DNA of 64,000 bases from an uncultured Bacteroidales bacterium (GTDB lineage: Bacteria > Bacteroidota > Bacteroidia > Bacteroidales > FEN-979). The position numbers were made by a program, and so were the translations under genes. Below are positions 1 to 8,792 of this stretch, piece by piece; position 1 is the stretch's first letter; each line of letters starts with the position of its first letter. The notes beneath the pieces are model-generated. The model did not search any database. It was not told the origin of the DNA and saw nothing but the letters and a program-made list of their open reading frames with translations. The DNA lies in contig CAIRDP010000023.1 of the NCBI GenBank assembly GCA_903877385.1, positions 3,723 to 67,722 of the forward strand, in the 5' to 3' direction.

Positions 1-375
1 CCTGTAAAAACCAGACGCAAAAAAGACAATTATGTGAGCGTACCCCTGAACCCATTATCACGGTCTATACTTCAAAAGTATGATTACGATATGTCAAAGT
101 TGATGATTTCAAATCAAAAATACAATGATGGGTTGCGTGATATGTTCACTGTCTTGATTGAAAAATATCCTGAAATATTCAAGCAAACCTACACATCACA
201 TAATGGTAGGGATACCTTTATCACTGATAGCCTTGCATCGAAGGTCGATGTTCCAACGTTGCTGAAAATGGTTGGACAAGAGTCCTATGAAGTGATGAAA
301 AGATACAATAAAGTATCCAAAGAACTCCGAATCCAAAATATGGAACTTGTCAAAGAATTCCAGGTATCAATTTAG
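1..375 (+). CDS. Tyrosine recombinase (phage-type integrase), C-terminal portion; 5' end lies outside the window
   Basis: Frame of ORF 34..375 stays open back to nt 1. Catalytic-domain pattern H-x-x-R (SHNGRDTFITD), LLKMVGQES in place of the usual LLGH box, terminal Tyr in MKRYNK. Confidence 0.6.
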   Translation, partial: PVKTRRKKDNYVSVPLNPLSRSILQKYDYDMSKLMISNQKYNDGLRDMFTVLIEKYPEIFKQTYTSHNGRDTFITDSLASKVDVPTLLKMVGQESYEVMKRYNKVSKELRIQNMELVKEFQVSI

Positions 376-820
376 CTAACTGGTTCAAAGATTCCGTTCT
401 ATAAAACGCAGCATCATCAGACTCCCCAATTCATAAGTTCATTATGCACCCATATCTTGGCAATCTATGGCAACGTAGAGCCTAAACTTTTGGAAGAAAA
501 ATTTTGAAAAATTTTCAGAAGGCTTTTCTCCTTGAACGGAAACTTGTCACCCATATTGCTGATATACAGACAGATAGCGTCGGGATATGCGGGAAGCCCC
601 TGGGGGTGGGGGGTGCCTGAACGCATTTAAACTTTTGATATATTTCCAAGCCAAACCCCCAACTTTCTATACATCTTTTATTATTATTCTGTTTTTCGGT
701 GCGAAGGCGGTACAAGTACTTTAGCTATCAGCAATGCCAAATGAATAGCAAACCCATTCAATATGTGCAAGATGCAGTAATCTAATTATATGCAGAATAT
801 TCGGTGCGATGGTTATTCCA

Positions 821-1078
821 TCAGGAGATACTTCCAGGATCTTTGGGCTTTTTCCTTGGCTTATAATCAACATTTATCAGTGCAGTAACTGGAACGCCAA
901 GGATCTCGGCAATCTGGAACAATCGATCAAGGGGTGGCTGTGACCGCTGGATACAATAACTATTAATTGTGTTGGCTGAAATTCCCAACTTCCGTGCCAA
1001 CCACCTCTGGCTGCGCTCATTCTCCGTGAGCAGGTCAGCGATGAGATTCATTTTCGGTGGTTCAGCCTTTGGTTTCAC
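821..1078 (-). CDS. XRE-family helix-turn-helix transcriptional regulator
   Basis: 85 aa; QRWLARKLGISANTINSYCIQRSQPPLDRLFQIAEILGVPVTALI is a classic HTH_3/XRE pattern. Confidence 0.7.
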   Translation of the reverse strand: MKPKAEPPKMNLIADLLTENERSQRWLARKLGISANTINSYCIQRSQPPLDRLFQIAEILGVPVTALINVDYKPRKKPKDPGSIS

Positions 1079-1126
1079 TCCACAAATATACTACTAATAT
1101 TTAATTGTACAATAAGTACAAATATA

Positions 1127-1158
1127 TTTGGATATATTGTCCTTTTTACGTATCTTTG
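1127..1158 (+). promoter_or_regulatory. Candidate Bacteroidota sigma-A promoter (-33 TTTG, -7 TAnnTTTG) for the radC-like gene
   Basis: TTTG at 1127-1130 and TATCTTTG at 1151-1158, 20-nt spacer, ~18 nt upstream of ATG 1176. Confidence 0.45.
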
Positions 1159-1175
1159 TGTCATTAAAACAAACA

Positions 1176-1643
1176 ATGACAATGGATACAGCAACTTTAT
1201 CAAATCTCAACGTGGCTGAAATTGAAATAACCTACCACAACCCCATTAAACCATCACAGAGGGCAAAAATAACCAAAAGTCAGGATTGTTATGACCTGTT
1301 TCTGGCAAACTGGGGCAACACCATAGAACTGTACGAAGATTTCTATGTGCTTTTGTTGAACAACGCCAACCGTGTATTGGGTCTGGTGCATATCGGTTCT
1401 GGCGGGGTCACGGGGTGCGTCGCCGACCCTAAAAAAATCTTCCAAGCTGCGATTAAAGCCAACGCGAGCAGTTTGATTCTGGCCCACAACCATCCCTCAG
1501 GAAATAAGCAGTTTTCCGACCAAGATTTGAGAATCACAAAGAAAATTGTGGAAGCAGGCGCCCTGCTTGACATCAAAGTGCTTGATCACTTAATTGTGAC
1601 AAGTGAGGGATTCTACAGCTTTGCTGACGAAGGTACCTTGTGA
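1176..1643 (+). CDS. radC: RadC-like JAB/MPN domain protein
   Basis: JAMM motif LILAHNHPSGNKQFSDQDLRITKKI plus LDHLIV. Start moved from 1128 to ATG 1176 because the promoter box lies inside the longer ORF. Confidence 0.8.
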   Translation: MTMDTATLSNLNVAEIEITYHNPIKPSQRAKITKSQDCYDLFLANWGNTIELYEDFYVLLLNNANRVLGLVHIGSGGVTGCVADPKKIFQAAIKANASSLILAHNHPSGNKQFSDQDLRITKKIVEAGALLDIKVLDHLIVTSEGFYSFADEGTL

Positions 1644-1903
1644 ACAATACCAAATCCATAAGAAAAATGAGAGCTTTCAGAATATTCGACAATGGCGGCA
1701 AGACCGTCGACCGCTTCACCCTTATCAATAGCTGGGGTGAGGTCTTTGGCTTCGATGAAAATCCGTTCAGACCCTTGGGCTTCGGGCAGTACTGCGGGAA
1801 CATCAACCAGTGGAAAAGCAAGTCCACCAAGCACCTTGGCAAAAAGATAAGCTATGATGAACTCACGGAAGAAGCAAAAACATTTGTACAAGACAGGATT
1901 TAA
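1640..1903 (+). CDS. Hypothetical small protein (87 aa; GTG start overlapping radC stop, or ATG 1667)
   Basis: ORF directly abutting radC, same strand; no recognised motif. Confidence 0.4.
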   Translation: MNNTKSIRKMRAFRIFDNGGKTVDRFTLINSWGEVFGFDENPFRPLGFGQYCGNINQWKSKSTKHLGKKISYDELTEEAKTFVQDRI

Positions 1904-1912
1904 AAACCAGTT

Positions 1913-2251
1913 ATGAAACAGATAAACTATAGCCAGATCAAGAAGCTGCAAAGAACCCACAACGTGGAAAGTATGCAGCAAATGATTAACGACGGCACCT
2001 GTTGGAAAATGGAAGGTTCGACGGGCAGGTTCGCAATGTCCTGTCTTGAATCGGGCGTCTGTATGCTGCCGCTTGAACCCAGAATTGACTATTACGGAAA
2101 CAGGGTGCCCTCACGGAATATGTTGAAGCAGGGAACAAAGGGCACCTTCCTGAACAGCGTTAATTTCTGGAACAGGGTAAACAACGGGGATTTTGACACC
2201 ATTGACTGGCTGGAAGAAACCTTTGGGGTTGTTGAAAACCAGCGTGGTTAA
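1913..2251 (+). CDS. Hypothetical protein (112 aa)
   Basis: ORF in tight co-directional series with radC; no recognised motif. Confidence 0.45.
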   Translation: MKQINYSQIKKLQRTHNVESMQQMINDGTCWKMEGSTGRFAMSCLESGVCMLPLEPRIDYYGNRVPSRNMLKQGTKGTFLNSVNFWNRVNNGDFDTIDWLEETFGVVENQRG

Positions 2252-2278
2252 TTATTGTCAAGTAAAAATCGATAAAAA

Positions 2279-2461
2279 ATGAAATACATTCTACGTCTTG
2301 AAGATGACAAAGGCAACGGCGCCAATATCACCAAACCCTGCAACTGGCGGTCAGTCAATGAAGCCAAAGAACAGGCAAAGTGTCTTGAAATGAAAGGTCA
2401 GAAGCTGGTGATACAGCTATGTACCGAAAAACAAGCCAGAACGCTTCGTAGGATGATTTAA
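2279..2461 (+). CDS. Hypothetical small protein (60 aa)
   Basis: ORF only; last gene of the plus-strand radC series. Confidence 0.35.
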   Translation: MKYILRLEDDKGNGANITKPCNWRSVNEAKEQAKCLEMKGQKLVIQLCTEKQARTLRRMI

Positions 2462-2476
2462 TTATTTGCTATCCCG

Positions 2477-2866
2477 TTAATAAAAGCAGTAGAGAAAAAT
2501 GATTATCTGCATCCTGCTCAATCCATCAGCCCTTCCAACATACTTTCCTGAACCATCGTAGACCTTGTCACCATCAATTCTCCCAATCAGCTTGCCAGTT
2601 CCACCATAGAGGTTATTCCCATCCACCCTGCCAATGCTCCTGCCTGAACCATCATAAATCTTGTTTCCATCAATCCTTCCAATGTACTTTCCAGAACCAT
2701 CAAAGACTTTATCTGCGTCCACCCTGCCAATTTGCTTTCCTGATGCGCCATAGATGTAATTTTCATCGAACCTTGCGATTTGCTTTCCAGAGCCATCGTA
2801 GAAGTACTGGCAATTCCCGAAACCTGTAATTAGCTGAAATAGTAAAATCAGGATTTTAGTTTTCAA
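2477..2866 (-). CDS. Secreted repeat protein with six tandem ~16-aa repeats (beta-flower-like)
   Basis: Signal peptide MKTKILILLFQLITGFG. Repeats: YDGSGKQIARFDEN / YGASGKQIGRVDADK / FDGSGKYIGRIDGNK / YDGSGRSIGRVDGNN / YGGTGKLIGRIDGDK / YDGSGKYVGRADG. Confidence 0.6.
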   Translation of the reverse strand: MKTKILILLFQLITGFGNCQYFYDGSGKQIARFDENYIYGASGKQIGRVDADKVFDGSGKYIGRIDGNKIYDGSGRSIGRVDGNNLYGGTGKLIGRIDGDKVYDGSGKYVGRADGLSRMQIIIFLYCFY

Positions 2867-2884
2867 TGGTGACGTGAAGTTGGA

Positions 2885-3802
2885 TTATCTGGGGTTTACA
2901 ACTACCGTAAATGTCGGTTTTATCTCTTCTTCATTACGAGTTGAAACAAAGATTGTATCTGCGACGAGAAAATGAAATTCCCCTGGCTTGTTGAATGTAT
3001 ATGTAAAATCACGCAGTCTATCTGCTTCACATTTAGCCAGAAAACCATTGTTCCAAGCGTCTGTATAGATTCCATCCATTGGAGCCTTATTCGTTTTTGC
3101 GTCTGCACCATCAAAAATAATTGCCTGACCAACCTTCAAATAAAAGGTACTTTGCCCATAGGCACTGAATTTATTATTTGAGAAGATGTATTTTGCAACA
3201 ATCCCACCTTTTTTTTCCGCTTTTTCAATATTTGAAATGAAAGTTCTGTTAATTTCATTTCGAACTAATGAATAATTATAGGTTCCCTGGTCGCGCGTCA
3301 TTGTCATCGTGCTATCATTGATAACCGTGACGGAAAAATGCTCTGTGATATCGGGTTCTGTTCCATCTTCTTCATATGGTTCACGCCTATATTCCAATTT
3401 CCCATTTGTATCAATCTTGTATAGGAACATTTCGTCCATAGCGTGAGCGCCGCCCAAATTGGTTTGAGCCAAAGCTAAAGCTACAGATTTTGAATTTATC
3501 AGATAGAGCGTTTCAAATTTCCAAGCGTTGAAAACTTTGGTTTCGCTTATAAGCGACCAACCACGATTATTTGAATTGTTTTTGTTAATATTCTTATAGA
3601 TGAATAACTTGGTCAATGTATCGTCACTATTCAGTGAATCGTTCTTTTTCGTTGCTGCAATGACCAGATATTCGTTATTTGCAGAGAATTTGAGCAATTT
3701 GACTTGTCGGTTATTCCAAATTCCCGATTCTTTCTTTGACGTTTTGTTACAGGCTATTGTCGATATCAGCAGAACTGAAATAAGAATATAAAATGTTTTC
3801 AT
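2885..3802 (-). CDS. Lipoprotein of unknown function (305 aa)
   Basis: Signal peptide ending in a lipobox-like ...STIAC; no recognised catalytic motif. Confidence 0.6.
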   Translation of the reverse strand: MKTFYILISVLLISTIACNKTSKKESGIWNNRQVKLLKFSANNEYLVIAATKKNDSLNSDDTLTKLFIYKNINKNNSNNRGWSLISETKVFNAWKFETLYLINSKSVALALAQTNLGGAHAMDEMFLYKIDTNGKLEYRREPYEEDGTEPDITEHFSVTVINDSTMTMTRDQGTYNYSLVRNEINRTFISNIEKAEKKGGIVAKYIFSNNKFSAYGQSTFYLKVGQAIIFDGADAKTNKAPMDGIYTDAWNNGFLAKCEADRLRDFTYTFNKPGEFHFLVADTIFVSTRNEEEIKPTFTVVVNPR

Positions 3803-3874
3803 TTTCCAAGGTGGTTGGTTTATACTCGATTTGGCAGAAATTCAAGTTTTTTAGAATCCATAATATTGGTTTCA

Positions 3875-4606
3875 TTAATCGTAAATTGTTGCTTCGGGCA
3901 ATCTGAAATTCTTTGCTGGATGAATTTCCCCTGGGGATGAAGAACTGTTTGTAGAAAAATAATAACCCCCATTTTCCGATTTTTTCAATTCACCCAATAA
4001 ATCAAATGTTCTACCATCGTCAGTTTTTCCTGTAAAATGAATATTAACTCCTGTTGTTAAATCCCCGCTCATTACTTTATAATTTCCTTTTGCCCTAACA
4101 GCATCATTTTGGTTCGGATTAATGTCGTTTGTTTCACCCAAATAGTAAGTAAAAGATCCATCTTTTTGAATAGTCAGGCTAATATCGATTTTCCCAATAG
4201 TGGTGACTCCTTGAACCTTCCAATCATAACTTTCAGTTATTTCACTTTTGGTCAAAATGTCAATGACTTTTTCTTCGGTTGTCATCGTTTTCTCGACCTT
4301 TTTTTCAGGTATGGTATCTTTATTTGTTCGTTCTATATTATCATTTTGAGCTTGTTGAGCGTTCAACGATCGTTTCTGATGAGTTAGTGCGTATAGAATG
4401 ACTGCAATGATGACAAATCCAATAATCCAGATAATCCAGAAACCTGAATGATTATTTGAGCCCTGTAATTTTGGTTGGTAGTTTGTAGTACTTGAATAGG
4501 TTTTACCTGGTTCCTGACTTTTATTGATCGAGAATCCACATTGAACACATCTTTCAGCCTTATCTGAAATCAGTTTTCCGCAACTGGGGCAGTTGATTAG
4601 TGCCAT
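3875..4606 (-). CDS. Zinc-ribbon single-pass membrane protein (243 aa)
   Basis: N-terminal CPSCGKLISDKAERCVQCG zinc ribbon, TM FWIIWIIGFVIIAVILYAL, C-terminal ectodomain. Confidence 0.65.
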   Translation of the reverse strand: MALINCPSCGKLISDKAERCVQCGFSINKSQEPGKTYSSTTNYQPKLQGSNNHSGFWIIWIIGFVIIAVILYALTHQKRSLNAQQAQNDNIERTNKDTIPEKKVEKTMTTEEKVIDILTKSEITESYDWKVQGVTTIGKIDISLTIQKDGSFTYYLGETNDINPNQNDAVRAKGNYKVMSGDLTTGVNIHFTGKTDDGRTFDLLGELKKSENGGYYFSTNSSSSPGEIHPAKNFRLPEATIYD

Positions 4607-4743
4607 ATAGTGATGTTTTAGTTAACTACTGAAAAAGTTTGTTTACGATTTGTTGTCTAATCTCTTTTGGAATTAGTTCCCCGACGCTTGCCGCTAATAG
4701 AATTAATTCCCGTGAGTACCTTGCTGCTCTGCGACAAAGACAT

Positions 4744-7700
4744 TTATTTCTCTTTGTATAATTGGTTGACCTCTTGATACTTTAAAGCACGATTATAGAT
4801 TCTAATATCATCTATCGTTCCTTTAAAAAACCTATTGTCTGACGGCGCTCCTGTTCTGCCAATAAATAAATTATGAGTGTTATTAAGATTCCCACGATTC
4901 ATTGTGTTTGAAGAAGATGCTGCCAAAACGCTATTGACATATAAATAAATGTTGTTGGGAGTATAGACGGCAACAATATGGTAAAAGATGTTCGAATTTA
5001 TGGATGTATGGTAAAATGTGGATTGAACAGTTGTGGAATTTTGAGGTGTTCCGCCAATATATCGTCCAAAATTGAACCAAGGATCTCCTGTTTGCTGACC
5101 GTTGACCCTAATTGTAAACGGATAGGGGTCATAACTACTATTCCATTTGGTAATTATTGTTCCATAATCAGGGTGGAGATTATAGTCAACCTTTGCCCAT
5201 AGGCTTATCGAATAACTCTCATCCATAGAAAAATTAATGGCAACATTATGACGTACTTCGATCCAGGAAGTGCCATTAAAATAATATGCCCTATTGGGGT
5301 TCCCAAATCTATCTGTAGTTAATGTGGCACCATAAACAATACCGTTATTCCTATTGCCGCTCATATCATTCGCATTTCCATTAAAAGGATACCATCCGAC
5401 CAGACCTAAGGAAGGTTCATCAGTCGTGGTTTGTCCAACACCACTGACATTGGCATTATTAAAATCACTGGCGGTGGTGATTCGTGATTTTGAAAGAATA
5501 GTTTCATTAATGCTTTCAATTTTTAATTCAGGATTAAGAATCAGATATGCAGCTACATTAAAATGATTGGGTTTATTCTTATTATTTCTTTCCATTTCGT
5601 AATTTAAATTGATTGAAACCTGATAATTGCCCACTTTGTCTTTTCTTATTTTCAATGTTGTCAAATCAATATTCGTGGCAGAACTGATAACATCTGTTGA
5701 ATTGTCATAATCTTTCAGCAGGGATATAATCTCATCAGGATTGCTATTAAACCTGGAATAGAACCTCTTTACTTTTTCCGCAAAGAAAGTGGCAATGACA
5801 CCATAGTCCTTTTTGGAAACTTTGGAATAATAAGATTCAATGAGTTCCCCGATTTTTTCTTTTTCTGATGGAGAAATATCCTGGGATTGTTTTTTCTTAA
5901 AAAAGGTATGCGCAATGCGGTCATTATTATCAAATGCTTGTGGAAATGAAGTACCTATTTTCCCATTTAAATCCGTAATGATTATCGCGGGTTTTCTGAT
6001 GTTGCACTTTGCCAAGCCCCTATAAATTCTACCCTGAGTTATGTCGTCAACTGGGGTACTTTCAAATCTCACCACAATGCTGTCGACGTTAATTTCCGCT
6101 TTTCCTTTCCAAGTGTATCCATCTAATGCTGTACGGAGTGTACAGGATAAATCTCCGTTTATTTCCATTTCAAAGTTTTCCCCGTTGCCGTATTGTTCAT
6201 CAGGATAGTACATCCCTGCCCATTTTCGAATATTGAGTGTCAGGATATTATCCTGCGCGAGTTTTACATAACTGCTGTTGGGGTATGTTTTGATAAAGAT
6301 GGAATAAGCAGGGATTAAATCAACTTGCTGAACTTGATCCCAGGCAATATCTTCATATTTCTTAATCACTTTTAATCTCGTTGTCGCAAATGCTGTAAAC
6401 TTACCCTTAGGGTAACCAGCTAAATAATCATTATAAGATTGAATGGAATTGATTTTTTCCGCGAGAACCCAGGCATTATTATCTTTATTGCTTTTGAGTA
6501 TGTATAATATGCTGAAACCTGTTAAAGGCACTACTATTGCTAAAATACCTAATATCACGCCAACTCTTATAAGCCGTCTTTTATTCTTTAATTTCTTTAC
6601 TTTTAAATAAAAATCGGAATACTGCTGATTATCTGAAACTACTGATTTGCACTCCGTCATTGTTTCCAAACAACCCTTGTAATCTTTGTCTGCAAACTGA
6701 TTTTGCGCCTGCTCAAATAATCGTTCTCCATAGACCTTTGATATTTGGCGATTTAGTAAATTATAAGTCTCAATTTGCGGCAGTATTGTAACTGCTTGTG
6801 AGATTAACTCGAAAGCGCTCTTAATCTCTGATTTTCCCAATGCAACATTTGCTTCTTCAAATAGCTTGTCAGTCTGCTTTTTAGTTTCAATGTTTTTATA
6901 GATCTTATCCCTAAAATTGTTATACTCAGGGTTAGGGAATATTCTTCGTGCTTCATCAATTGAACGCAATGCTTCTATGAATGCTCCCTTTTTAAAATAG
7001 CTTTCGGCATCATTGAACCACTTTTTCGATTCCCTGTAAGCTTCAACCTTTAAGTCTATTTTATTAAGAAGTCCCTTATACTCTGTATTATTTGGAAATA
7101 GTTCAAGGGCAACAAGTACAGATTCCCGTGCATTTGAAATCTTATTATTTTCGAAAAATGTTTTTGCATTGTAAAAAGCTTTGTTGGCGTTCTCTTTGTT
7201 TGTAGAAAGCATTCTTTGAATCGGGTAGCCACAGTTTGGACATTCAGCCGAAGTGCCAGGAATATTCTTTCCGCATTCAGGACAAGCAATCAAATGCGTA
7301 TGATCCTTGCTTGGAAGGTCGTCCTGTTCCCTGCTGCCGTCAGCATTAATCCTGACTCCACATTGAGGACAGAATCGAGAATCTGGTTGCAGTTGCTTAC
7401 CACAGCTTGGACATTTGATGAATAGAGCCGAACCATCCGTTGAGCAATAAAGAGATCCATCTGCGTATTTCTTACCACATTTAGGGCACACAACTGCATC
7501 GTGCGATGATGATACACTTGCTTTCTCTTCTTTTGGTTGACTGGTATCGGAAATAACGACTTTAATATATTTGTCGAGAGATTTAAAAAAGTTATCCACG
7601 TGCTTCCTATTCACATTCCCTGCAATAAGTTGTGCTGGCAAACTATTGCTGGTCACAGAAAATGAAGATTCATTAAGAAATGATATTGTAATAGTATTTC

Positions 7701-7857
7701 CGACTGAATCCCATTGATGCGGCACCTGTGCAATAATTAGATTTGCTCTTTCATCGGAAATTAGCCACCCCAGACTTTTAGCTGCCAGGATGGATGCCTG
7801 ATAAACAACTTGTTTTGGATAATTATGATGCTTTGTTTCTGTAACCGATTTAGCCAT
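4744..7857 (-). CDS. Large multi-zinc-ribbon / helical-repeat / single-pass membrane protein with C-terminal LamG (concanavalin-A-like) domain
   Basis: Three CxxC...CxxC ribbons (CPKCGKK..., CPSCGKQ...CPQCG, CPECGKN...CPNCG). TPR-like helical repeats. TM VGVILGILAIVVPLTGFSILYIL. C-terminus LVGWYPFNGNANDMSGN...FKGTIDDIRIYNRAL is typical of Laminin_G_3. Start set at MAKSV (7857); the ORF extends to 7896. Confidence 0.7.
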   Translation of the reverse strand: MAKSVTETKHHNYPKQVVYQASILAAKSLGWLISDERANLIIAQVPHQWDSVGNTITISFLNESSFSVTSNSLPAQLIAGNVNRKHVDNFFKSLDKYIKVVISDTSQPKEEKASVSSSHDAVVCPKCGKKYADGSLYCSTDGSALFIKCPSCGKQLQPDSRFCPQCGVRINADGSREQDDLPSKDHTHLIACPECGKNIPGTSAECPNCGYPIQRMLSTNKENANKAFYNAKTFFENNKISNARESVLVALELFPNNTEYKGLLNKIDLKVEAYRESKKWFNDAESYFKKGAFIEALRSIDEARRIFPNPEYNNFRDKIYKNIETKKQTDKLFEEANVALGKSEIKSAFELISQAVTILPQIETYNLLNRQISKVYGERLFEQAQNQFADKDYKGCLETMTECKSVVSDNQQYSDFYLKVKKLKNKRRLIRVGVILGILAIVVPLTGFSILYILKSNKDNNAWVLAEKINSIQSYNDYLAGYPKGKFTAFATTRLKVIKKYEDIAWDQVQQVDLIPAYSIFIKTYPNSSYVKLAQDNILTLNIRKWAGMYYPDEQYGNGENFEMEINGDLSCTLRTALDGYTWKGKAEINVDSIVVRFESTPVDDITQGRIYRGLAKCNIRKPAIIITDLNGKIGTSFPQAFDNNDRIAHTFFKKKQSQDISPSEKEKIGELIESYYSKVSKKDYGVIATFFAEKVKRFYSRFNSNPDEIISLLKDYDNSTDVISSATNIDLTTLKIRKDKVGNYQVSINLNYEMERNNKNKPNHFNVAAYLILNPELKIESINETILSKSRITTASDFNNANVSGVGQTTTDEPSLGLVGWYPFNGNANDMSGNRNNGIVYGATLTTDRFGNPNRAYYFNGTSWIEVRHNVAINFSMDESYSISLWAKVDYNLHPDYGTIITKWNSSYDPYPFTIRVNGQQTGDPWFNFGRYIGGTPQNSTTVQSTFYHTSINSNIFYHIVAVYTPNNIYLYVNSVLAASSSNTMNRGNLNNTHNLFIGRTGAPSDNRFFKGTIDDIRIYNRALKYQEVNQLYKEK

Positions 7858-7877
7858 AATCTCAATATTTACAACAT

Positions 7878-8444
7878 TTACTCTATGACACAACAATCCA
7901 AAGACCCTGTGTCTGAATATACCCCCTTCACGGTAATTTCCTGTCCAATGGACAACTTTGATAAAACAGTTGCCTGACCTTTACCACAGTAACAGGTAAG
8001 GTATGACAAGAACCCCGTGCTTAAATCCACCTCATTATAATAGGCTTGAAACATTGCGATTGTACCCTGCACCCTTAATATTTTCCCCACATACTTCTTT
8101 TTTGCCGCAAATTGATTGTGGTCGTACTCCGATGTTAAATCAGTCGCCGAAAGCGTGTAATCAGGCTGTGATCTTGCAACCATTTTGGAGCAGGGCTCTT
8201 TAAACGATGAATATGCCAGATACCCAACAACGATAATGATTGATGGTATTATGCAATAAAGGATAAATGGGTGTTTAAGCCATTTGTTTCTATCAGATTT
8301 CGCATCGTGAAAGCTAATTGACGTTTGAGTGGCTTTCCCTTCATTTTGACCTGATGAAAGTGATGACATATAGCCACAGTGTGGACATTTACTTGCTCGT
8401 TCAGAAATTTGTTTGCCGCATCGAGGACAGATGATTAGCGCCAT
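7878..8444 (-). CDS. Zinc-ribbon membrane protein with OB-fold (tRNA_anti-like) ectodomain
   Basis: CPRCGKQISERASKCPHCG, TM FILYCIIPSIIIVVGYLAYS, then LTSEYDHNQFAAKKKYVGKILRVQG resembling the tRNA_anti-like OB family. Confidence 0.6.
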   Translation of the reverse strand: MALIICPRCGKQISERASKCPHCGYMSSLSSGQNEGKATQTSISFHDAKSDRNKWLKHPFILYCIIPSIIIVVGYLAYSSFKEPCSKMVARSQPDYTLSATDLTSEYDHNQFAAKKKYVGKILRVQGTIAMFQAYYNEVDLSTGFLSYLTCYCGKGQATVLSKLSIGQEITVKGVYSDTGSLDCCVIE

Positions 8445-8792
8445 ATGAATATTAGTTTCTAAAAGAGTGTAAGACTATCCATTTCGACAGGTCACAATTG
8501 TCTGATGGGTTATGTAGAATAAAAAAGGCGCGGACTACAACATTATCTACACTCGTGGTACTGGTATACCATTACAGCAAATAAGTTAAGCCCACGCCAT
8601 AACGTGAGCGTTAACCTATTATCTCGCTGTAATTAGAAAGTTACCAGTTTTCGAGTGTGAGTATAATAGCTAACGCTTTTATTTTATGTGATTTCTACCT
8701 ATGTCATACAAAAATCTTTTAGTTAAGGTCAAATTTATAACAAATTCTAATTCACAGGTATAAACAATGTTCGTTCTATCGAAAAAAACAGA

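Noticed and set aside
515-715. 66-aa minus-strand ORF in the integrase/XRE convergent spacer, containing a G-run (CCCCTGGGGGTGGGGGGTGCC).
   Set aside because: No start context, odd composition, and it lies between two convergent gene ends. More likely non-coding.
695-809. Two copies of TTCGGTGCGA-n-GG, 105 bp apart, downstream of the integrase gene; possible recombinase core or arm sites.
   Set aside because: Only 10-13 nt match and there are just two copies. That is too short to separate from chance without a genome-wide or att-site comparison.
1254-1981. Several 77-122-aa minus-strand ORFs opposite radC and the following small genes.
   Set aside because: They are antisense to a gene with unmistakable JAB motifs and have no motifs of their own.
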